Part shown: positions 24,795 through 34,000 of the stretch, in pieces
How positions within the stretch are numbered: the stretch's first letter is position 1
How the letters are laid out: every line of letters starts with the position of its first letter
Source of the DNA: Cyanophora paradoxa CCMP329
Lineage: Eukaryota > Plantae > Glaucophyta
Assembly: GCA_004431415.1 (NCBI GenBank)
Contig: QPMI01000496.1
Span: 434,001 to 498,000, forward strand
Reading direction: 5' to 3'
Length of the DNA: 64,000 nt
Notes under the pieces: generated by a model
What the model was told of the DNA's origin: nothing
The model's database searches: none
What the model saw: the letters and a program-made list of their open reading frames with translations, nothing else
Translations under genes and position numbers: made by a program

Positions 24795-25153
24795 GCTCTA
24801 ATATCAGATCCATCATCTGATTCAATAAATCTTGTAACTGGTTTGAATCTTTGAAATACATCTTTGTGGTGAATTCCTTTTACATACCACCCTTTGTTTA
24901 CAGGATCCCATCTGAGTCCCATACACTTTGCATCGAAATTATCTTTAAATTGAACTTTGCAGTAGATCTTTTCATTTCTGTATTTAATTTCTTTTTCATT
25001 GATCGTTTGGAATTCTTTCAGTAAATCACTATTTGCATCTTCTGTATACCAAAGTTTCATTTCATAATCCCATTTTGCTCCTTTCTCTTTTGCGATTTTT
25101 CGATCATTGTAATCACAATCAAAGTAAAACTTCTTAATTGTATTTGTCTCCAT
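24791..25153 (-). CDS. Tandem DUF5710-like domain protein (120 aa)
   Basis: Two copies of the Y..V.F.D...AK..G.RWD...K.WY pattern: FYFDCDYNDRKIAKEKGAKWDYEMKLWY and IYCKVQFKDNFDAKCMGLRWDPVNKGWY. Confidence 0.8.
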   Translation of the reverse strand: METNTIKKFYFDCDYNDRKIAKEKGAKWDYEMKLWYTEDANSDLLKEFQTINEKEIKYRNEKIYCKVQFKDNFDAKCMGLRWDPVNKGWYVKGIHHKDVFQRFKPVTRFIESDDGSDIRA

Positions 25154-25211
25154 TTTATTCAGATTATCATATTATTTTTATATGAAACAATCAATGAGGA
25201 TATAACAATCA

Positions 25212-25452
25212 GATATAACTTCGATTAAATATAATTAATCGAGATTATGATATAACTTCGATAAATAAGATTTAAGATATAACTTCGATTAATTAATTTA
25301 AGATATAACTTCGATTAATTGTGATTGAGAGACTGAGAATTTGTTGAATTCTGATTGGTAAAGACTGAGAATCGAGAGGATTTTGATTGGGATTGTTTGA
25401 TATATTGGGAATTAATCGATGTGGTGACAGTAGCCCCACTTTACCATTTTTT
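25212..25452 (-). repeat. Right terminal inverted repeat (241 bp)
   Basis: Ends CCCCACTTTACCATTTTTT; reverse complement of 13630-13870. Confidence 0.95.
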
Positions 25453-26000
25453 CACGAGCGAAGAGGGGCGCCGCTGGGGCCCCGGCCGCGGGCCGATCCT
25501 CTGCTGGCGGCGGGCGCCGCGGCGGCCCTCCGGCTCCGGCTCCGTGGCCCCGACAGAAAGCAGCGAGCTTGACCTGGCGGGAGGCAGCGCCGCCGGCGCC
25601 GGCGCCGGCGCCGGCTGGCCCCGCCGGAGGAGGCGGCGGGGGCGCTGCGGCGAGCGGAGCGACTGGCGGAGGGCGTGCAGGCGCTGCTGGAGGAGACGTG
25701 CCGGAAGCGGCTGCCGGCCCTCGCCCCTTTGTCGAGCTCGCGCGGGCCGAGCGGCCGGGCCTGGCCCCGCGCCGCCGCCTCGCCCGCCTCCGCGCCGCCG
25801 CGGACGGGTTCGCGCGCCTCGGCCTGCGCCCCTTCGAGATCGCGGCGCGCCTCCGCCTGGCGCGGGCCGAGCCCGACCCGGCGGCCGCCTCCGCGGCCCT
25901 CGCGGCGGCCGGCCGCCTCGCCTCGGAGACGGGCGTGCGGGTGCCGGCTTTGGGGCGCCCCGCCCCGCTCCCGGGCGAGTTCGAGGCGACCTGGGTCTGA
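25453..26000 (+). CDS. 3' end of the same cyclase-STAND-TPR gene, separated from its 5' part by the viral insertion
   Basis: Removing the element and one TSD restores an open frame AVCAIT-SEEGRRWGPG. The terminal frame ...ELARAERPGL...GEFEATWV* ends at 26000. Contains apparent 1-nt indels. Confidence 0.65.
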
Positions 26001-26950
26001 TCCGAATTCGAATCAGCTGCGGATGCAGAGCCCCACGGAGCCCGCGTTCGGCGCAGGCTGGTATCGATGTGCACGTCGCAGTGCATTAGTATATATGGCA
26101 TCTCTGTTCAAATTAAAGCCGCTGTCTCGAACTGTAATCTGCCTAAGTAATTCCCTTTGTATAATTAGTCGCAGCTAGTCTCAGATCACATTGCGCATGC
26201 ATGTGCCTATCCGATGATGAAGTTTCTGAATTGCAGCGATCACGAGCAGTCACAATTCGATGATCAAACATAGTAGCGTCGCAGCATGCCGCAGTGCGTA
26301 AGCGTGTCGTTCATGATCGATATCGCTAGTCATCAAGTTCGGCATTTTCGTGGCAGGCTGCATTTTTCGCAGGCTTCGCGATCGGGCATCTTTCGCAGTT
26401 TTCACTGTTTCACTGATTTTTCATATGAAGCACCGTCTTTCATAACACGCTAGCCTATAATTATCATATAAAGTGTCGATTTCTTACTATGCCGGTAAAT
26501 ATTAGCTGATGTATCTAGTTTTCGAATAATTTGACGACGCCGACCGTCGGACGTCGACATCGTACGCGTGCACGTGGTACATACACATCACCGCGAAAAA
26601 CCTGCATGCGCGCTAATTATAAAATACAAATGCCGATGAAAATTAAATGGCGGTTAAACGCACAGCAGCGTTTACAAGCTGAAGCCTGCACAAGATTGTT
26701 TACTAGGGGCCCGGCCGCGTTTTGGCGCGCCGGGGGTGCAAGGGGGGAACCGGGATCTAATGAAAGAGTCGTAGTGGCACGAACATGCACGGGGCAAATG
26801 TAGATCGACCCCGGCCCAGTGCGCGCGGCAGGTTGAAGTGTAAAGATAAACGTTAACACAGATTATGATTGAAAAAATAGACAAGGCCCGATAAGCAGAT
26901 GTAGAAAAGACCCAATCAGGCGCTGAGATCAAACCGAATAAAGAAAAGGC

Positions 26951-29900
26951 TCAACGAAAGGCCAAATTCAGCGCACTGTATAAGAAAGATTGTTCTGGAG
27001 CGGAAAAACGCTGCGCATGAACTGTGTTCGCACGGACTACCGCTAACCCTGAACAGCTGGCTAAAAGATGATGGTGCTGTCTGCAGAGGGCTCGCCGTAA
27101 ACGTAGGCGATCCAGGCCTTCTGGAGGGGGTCGGGGCGGAAGTCGGCCGTGCGGGTGAGCGGCAGCCAGCGGCGCCGGTCCTGAAGAGGGCCCTCCTGCG
27201 AGAGCATGGTGAGGCGGCCCGCCGCCTCGAGCGCCTGCAGAGCCGCGCGGCTGGCGCGCTGCTCGCTCCCGCCGCGCATCTGGTAGACAAGGTCTTGAAG
27301 TTCGATATCCGCGAGGCCGGCGTCTCGGATGCGCGTGAGGACTCCCATGTGGAGGTCCTCGATTGCAGGCCTGCCGTGGCAATCATGAACAGAGGTCAGG
27401 TAAGGGCGGTCCACTTTTTTGAATCTTTGCGCACCCGTCTTTGCATCTTCGGGATCCTCGTCGAGCGGCAAATGCTTCGCAGACTCAATTATTTCGGAGG
27501 AATTGACGGGCCCGTCCGCTGTATGCACAACGTCGCCTGCCTGCGGGACAACCATGACGTTCCGATTGTATGTGGCCAAATTCTCCTCGCTGATGTCGAT
27601 GTTTTTATACAGAATATTGTTCTGCGAAGCGCGCGCACAAGGTCTCACCCGCTGTTGCAAACACCTGAAAGAGAATATTACAATGGGCCGCAAACCTTTT
27701 TCAGCCAGAAGAGAGCGCGACGAATGAGCCAGGGCCGCACTTTCAGAGTCACGGTGACGGGCGCACCCTCCGAGGCTCAGTTTGAATGTAAACAGTTTCG
27801 GACTGCCCGGCCGTGCGGGGGAGAACGAGGACGAGTTCGTTGATCTTGTTGAAGAATGAGATGCAGTTGCCACGAGTAAAGCGCTGGCCCGAAGGGTGGT
27901 GTGTACGGACGCGAGTCTCGCCGCTGACAATCGCAATCAGCTTTCGTTCCGCCTCGTTCAGGCAGCTCAGCTCCTCGGGAATATAGCCGAAGTCCCACAA
28001 CGCCACTGCTGTTCGCGGCATGTCGCCCGATTTGAGGGTGGGGATGCAGCGCTGGCAAAGACGAAATTAAAGTGCGGAATGTTCGATTTGCAGGCGACCT
28101 TGCAGCTGCACATCCTGCCAGGGCACGACTCGACGAAGGTGCCCGAGTCGCCTTCGACTTTGAGTACGGCTAGCATTTGCTGCAGGCCCGGCCGGCTTTC
28201 CGCTCCGGTGACGCGCTCAAAGGCCGGCGGCAGCAGCAGAGAGCCCTCGCGTTTTTCGACGCCAAGCTGTTTCTGCCACGGTGGGGGCGCCTCGATATCC
28301 TCCCTGCACCCAGATAAGTGCTGCGCAATGGAAATGTAGAATAGGTTCGGAGTGCTCACTTGTACACCCAGAGGGGAGTAAAGATCTCAAGCGAGGCAGG
28401 GAAGAAGGGGCATTTGGGGAAGTCCGCGGCAGGCCGATACTCCGCGCAGCAGGCGCACGTCCAAAACGTGCTGTTTCGCGGCCACGTCTTCATCCACGTC
28501 GTAGTAAGAGCTGGCAGTGCGTCCCAAGGAGCGATATCTGACCGGCGATATCGACAATTTAGCGAGGGAATCCCGAATCCACATGTCCACGAAAATAGAA
28601 TCCACCTGGAGGGTGCTTCTTCTCTTTGTGCTTCCGCAGAGAGGATGCAGAAGCGCCGCTCCAGCCGCAGCCCTCATGATCGCAGCTATGCGTGGCCCGT
28701 CTGGCCGTTCGCTTCCGGCGGCCTAACGCCGGGTCGGCTTCTTCGAATTCCTCGGACGAACTGCTGCTGCATTCTGACTCGACTACGTCCTCCGCAGCCT
28801 CTGCATTGCGGGCAACGTCACTACATCGATCTGGTTCAGGAAAACATCACAAAAATTACCTCGGACGTGTGCAGCCTCGTGCTGGCGAAGAGAAGGAGCC
28901 GACGGACAGATAATAGAGCACTGCCTGCACGGGTACTGGCCGACCGCTGCCGTTGCCGCAATAGACATGTCGGAAGGTACAGCCTGCGGCGAGCACTTCG
29001 CACGCTCGATGTGCCGGTCGAACGAGAACTTGTCTGTGAAAAGCCGTTTGCAGGTGCTGCACGACATCTGATGCGAACGCACTGAGGGATAGCATTAAGG
29101 ACCAGGTGCCAAACGGCGCACCGCTCTCCAATGCGGCCCGGGATGTTGGAAACCGAGCCGTTGCACTTCCCGGCTCACGGATGGCTCAGTTTCGCGGGAT
29201 GCGCATTCGCTTTCGCGGAAATCGGGACCATGAGTTCGGGATTGAGAATTCGGAATGCGGAATTCGGGGCTTGAGTCAGCGTGATTCAGATCGTTTTCGT
29301 CCGCGTGATTCAGATCGTTTTCGTCCGAAAACGATACACGATCAGCTGATCTCCCATTGCAGCGCACGCGTTTCGAGGAGGTTGAGAATTCCTGCACAGC
29401 ATTTCAGCAATTTGAATAAGCTTTTTTAAGTCTCTTGAGTTTCATCACGCACTGCGATCGACGATGGTGGCAAAGCCTGGAGGAACAAGTCATTAACATT
29501 ATTCGAAATGAATATATCAGTCTATCGCAAACCTGATTGATTTGACGGGCCGGCTCTGCTCCAATGTTCCTCTCAGGAAGTTGAAACGCTCCAGGCTGAG
29601 CGTACACGTCAATGCGGGCGGGATATGCATGTCAATTAACGAGAGGGTACCGCCAGAGGAAAATGTGACGATAAGCCTGTGGGAGGACTTCTGTGGTCTT
29701 CAGCTGCGGCGACCTGTGTATGCAATATATATATATAATTTCAGACAGCTGCACGCCAACTGAAGACTGCGCACGCATGCTCACTGCTGAATTGTAAGTG
29801 CCCTGCGTGGCGATGCTGCGACTGTGCTGCCGAACATGACGAAGCAAGCTTCTGCGATAGCAGAAGTGTTCACGGACTCCGGGCGGACAACGTAAGCAAA

Positions 29901-30015
29901 TTCCGCCAGTGCACGACGATGAGAACGTGCATTGGGCGTCCGACGGCAGGAAATCTCGCCCAGGGACGACATCTCCGGGCACAGAAGCGGCTGCAGATCT
30001 AGATCGCCGCCCCAT
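26951..30015 (-). pseudogene. Degenerate N-terminal part of a Helitron RepHel: C2H2 zinc fingers + DUF6570-like + start of Helitron_like_N; no HUH or helicase motifs seen
   Basis: Zinc fingers CSTCKRLFTDKFSFDRH and CRQCSIICPSAPSLRQHEAAH. DUF6570 pattern GYIPEELSCLNEAERKLIA...GQRFTRGNCISF...LPR and RVR...NNILYKNIDI. Then RFSAPEQSFLYSALN. Several frame breaks. Confidence 0.7.
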
Positions 30016-30492
30016 CTAGTGCGCAATCTCGCGAAGCTGCTAGCCTAGTAGCCGGAAGCAAGCACCGCCGCCAGTCGGAGAAGCCGTGCAGCGGAGTGGC
30101 AACCGCGCGCGAGCGCAACAAAAGCGCCGGGCCGGGCCGCGGCCAACGTGCTCGGCTGCGGGCAGCGGCGCACGCAAAACTGCGGTATAAACGTTAACTC
30201 GATTTCGCAGACGTATTCGGCGCAGCAAGAGATGACAGTCTGGACGGCCTGGCGTCCTCGGCTGCGATCAGCGGCGCACTGCGGCAGCTAGCTATAGGCA
30301 GCGGTGCAAGCGGTTTTGCCGCAGTGCGGTGCAAGCTCTATCAAGCACGAGTGCCGGGCAGCGTGCTCGGCTGCGCGCAGCGGCGCGTGCTCGGTACGCA
30401 GTGCTGCGGTGCAAACTTGATGCAGTCAAAAGTAGTTCAGGCGTCACGGATACCGTGCGGCGTACGCGGCGCACTGCAAGGAATTCGAAGCG

Positions 30493-30715
30493 GAAATCTA
30501 GAGGAGACAGCTAGGAAGTACACACGCACTGTGATTGTATGCAGAACCGCGCAACGAAGAGCAAGGCGTACGCGACGCTCTGCGACGAAGCCGAAATCTA
30601 GAGGAGACAGCTAGGGAGAACTGGTTCCCAAGGCGTACGCGACGCACTGCGAGGAAGCCGAAATCTAGAGGAGACAGCTAGCTATATATATATATATATA
30701 GGGAGAACTGGTTCC
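30493..30715 (+). repeat. Three copies of GAAATCTAGAGGAGACAGCTAG plus a (TA)n microsatellite near the Helitron 5' end
   Basis: Copies at 30493, 30593 and 30660. AGGGAGAACTGGTTCC occurs twice. TA run at about 30683-30700. Confidence 0.85.
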
Positions 30716-31083
30716 ATCATGGCATGCAGAACCGCGGAAGGAATTCGAAGACCACTTCTCGCGAGTTCGAGAGAGCTCTCGCGAGCTCGAAAGCTGACCG
30801 GTCCACCGAGCCAATCAGATCGCGAATAACGGCACATTTTCGTTGCAAACTGGACCTCGAAAACGGCCTCGTAGAAAACTTTTGGCTGAAGCGAGGGGAC
30901 GGGAAGCAAGGGGGGAAGACCTTCGGTCTTCTTTCCCCCCTTGCAAAATTCGAGGGTGCACGCGTACGGTTACGTATACCACAGTATTCGCTACGTATAC
31001 GGCTCGATCTCCGCTACCATGATCATTGGATCATGCATTTACGTATACGTATACTAGTACTGTGATCATGAGTTAGGTTTTAG

Positions 31084-34000
31084 TTATTGAGTCCGCCCCA
31101 AGTCTGCCAGCGCCTGCCGAACAACCGAAGTCGTCGGGTGCTGTGGCCCCAGGGTCCGCTCGAGCACCGACAGCGCCCCCTGCGAGTTGCAATGATGCCT
31201 CAGTAGGCGCCGATCGCGAATATCGGCGAATGTTTGACTTGCGCACCTCCGTCAGCGCCACCGCCTCGGAGTGTGCCTCCCTCGTCCCCAGCTTCGCGAG
31301 GAGGTCCCCCAGGCACGCCATCGTGTATGCCGTGTCCGGGTGCTCCGCCCCAAGCGCCCGCTCACGCACCCGCAGCGCCTCCTGCGATCACGTGGGGCGC
31401 GATCGATATCGCGGGGGATCGCGATCGATTTATTAATTATGATCATGAAAGCTAACGCCGCGAACTCGAAGCTCGTTGCACCTCGAACATGGGACGCGCC
31501 GCCGCGTAGTCGCCCTGGGAAGTAAGCAGAATCGCAAGGTTCTGCGCCGTCGCTGCAACGCTCGGGTGCTCCGGTCCAAGCGCGTTCCTGCGCAGCCGCA
31601 GCGCCTCCTGCAGAGAAGCGGAGCTGAGCGACGAATCCAACGCGCCGGGCAACTCATATTGGAAGAAGCGTAAGGCGCGCCCCGCACCTCGAGCAACGGC
31701 CGCGCTGCAGCGTAGTCGCCCTGTCCAGACAGCACGCCCGCAAGGTTCTGCATCGCCATTGCAACGTCGAGGTGCTCCGGCCCCAGCGCTTTCTTGTACA
31801 CCGAAAGTGCCTCCTGCGCATGCGAATTCGAAATGCATCGTTGGAATTTCGCAGACACACGGCGGCCTAGGGCGCATGAATATTCGGCACCTCGAACATG
31901 CGTCGCGCTGCAACTTTGTCGCCCTTAGCTTGCAGCAGCACCGCCAGATCTTGCGTTGTTGATGCAACGCTTGGATGCTCCGGCCCCAGCACCTTTCGGT
32001 AGACCCGCAGCGCCTCCTGCGGCGCGCGAGAATCAGAGCTGGAGTTGGAACGTGCCAGAAACGAGGAGATGCTTTAATTTCACCTCATACATCGGCCGCG
32101 CCGCTTCGTAGTCTCCCTGATCGGACAGCACGCCTGCAAGGTTATGCATCGCCATTGCAACGTCGGGGTGCTCCGACCCCAGCGCCTTCCGGTAAATACG
32201 CAGCGCTTCCTGCAATGGCCCGGGGCGGGATCGGAACCGCGGGAGCCGAAGTCGTACCGAGAAGGCAGCCGGTGCCGTTTCGCACCTCCAGCGTGTGTCG
32301 CGCCGCCTCGTAGTCGCCCTGACCCCTCAGGACGCCCGCCAAATTCTGCATCGTTGTCGCGACGTTCGGATGATCCCGTCCCAGCGCTTTCTCACGCAGC
32401 CGCAGCGCCTCCTGCGAGAAATACAATCGAATTCAAAGCCCCACAACAATTGCAAGAGCCCGCGACAAAGTCCGATCCCCGGAGAACATTTAAGCTTCGA
32501 GAAGCACGCTGCACCTCGAACAATGCGCGTGCTGCCTCGTATTCATCCTGGGCCATAAGCAGGCTGGCCAAATCTCCCACCGCCCCTGCGGCCTCCACGT
32601 GCTCCGGCCCCAGCACCTTCTTGTATACGCGCAGCGCCTCCTGCGATTGCGAGGGGCGGGGCTGGATCGGAACCCAGAAGCCGGGCGACGTTACAGCTAA
32701 ACATTGAGACTTACTTCGAGCATTCGCTTCGCTTCGCCGTATTCTCCAAATTCGGTGAGCAGACCGGCAAGGTTCTGTGTTGTCCGTGCCACGTCGGGGT
32801 GGTCCGGCCCCAGCGCCTTCTTGCGCACCCGCAGCGCCTCCTGCAACGCGCACGTGTATACGTACGTACGATCGGGATCAGATTTGGAATGGACGGGTCG
32901 GGCTCAAAACGGGTGCAGCATGCGCACCTCGTACATGGACCGCGCCTCTGCAAAGTTGCCCTGGGCCTTCAGCATAGCTGCCAGATTCTGCGCGGTCGTC
33001 GCGACGTGGGGATGCTCTGGCCCCAGAGCTTTTTTATAGACGCGCAGCGCCTCCTGAACATGTGACGGTCGCGATTAGAAACGTAATTAAATGATAAGAG
33101 GCGAAAGGGTGCCTGGGAAACACGACACGTTTCGCACCTCGTACATTGTCCGTGCCGTCGCAAAGTCACCCTGCTCGGCCAGAAGATTTGCCAGATTCTG
33201 CGTAGTCATCACGACGTCGAGGTGTTCCGGCCCCAGCGCCTTCTTGCGCAGCCGCAGCGCCTCCTGAGGCGGACCCGGGCCGGGTTCAGCAGCTGCCAAA
33301 TCATGGATAAAGTGCGAAAGACACCTCATACATCGGCAGAGCCGCTGCGAATTCGCCTTTGGCCTTCAGCAGAATCGCCAGGTTCTGCGTAGTTTTCGCA
33401 ATCTCAGCGTGCTCCGGCCCCAGCGCCTTCTTGTACACGCGCAGGGCTGCCTGCACGCGGCGACGTTAGATCTCGCGCGCACGCGGAGAATAACGATTCG
33501 CAGCGGACCTGAAGGAACGGGATGCCATCGGCAGAGCGTCCCATCACATGCAGCAGCCAGCCGGCCATGCTCAGAGCGTGGGGGTTCGCGTTGCCGCTCC
33601 CCACCTCGAGCTTAGCAGCACCGCATGCTGGGCTCGCGATCGTGTGCGTTCGCATGGCCAGTCCGACGGTCGACGCGTACGACTCTATATTTTAGGATCC
33701 GAAGAAATAGAGACGCACAGGCGAAAGAGAGCGTTGTCCTTGTCATCGGCAGGGGCGAGCTTAGAGAAAGCAGACCACGAGCCCCAGGAAGTCGTGCCAG
33801 AACAGCGTCCAAGTGAGCTGGCTCGGCCCGCCGGCGGCGTCCACGCCGACGAAGGCCTTCAGCTCGTCCTCTGCCATCCCGTGCCGCGCGCACACGACGG
33901 CAGAGGCGGCGTCCCGCACGAGCGCCGACCCGTGGCGCGAGGCGAGGCGGCGCAGGACGAGGCGGAAGAGGTCGCGCGGGCCGCCCCCGCAGCCAAGGAA

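Larger units (their letters stand above)
13630..25452. mobile_element. Endogenous Polinton/Maverick-like DNA virus (PLV), 11,823 bp, with both termini intact
   Basis: Sharp shift to AT-rich, intronless, densely coding DNA. 241-bp TIRs and a 6-bp TSD CACGAG (13624-13629 and 25453-25458). Contains pPolB, rve integrase, A32-like ATPase, MCP and mCP genes. Confidence 0.97.
26703..30948 (-). mobile_element. Non-autonomous rolling-circle element (Helitron2/proto-Helentron-like deletion derivative), 4,246 bp
   Basis: Minus strand starts TTTTGCAAGGGGGGAA after a host A. It ends TTCCCCCCTTGCA + GC hairpin + CTAG before a host T. 13-bp subterminal inverted repeats at 26737-26749 and 30933-30945; 5' hairpin 30906-30944; 3' hairpin 26710-26734; no TSD; internal Rep-associated coding remnants. 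Confidence 0.8.

Noticed and set aside
13630-25452. Contaminant or chimeric join of foreign AT-rich DNA
   Set aside because: The TSD on both sides and in-frame rejoining of the host exon indicate genuine integration.
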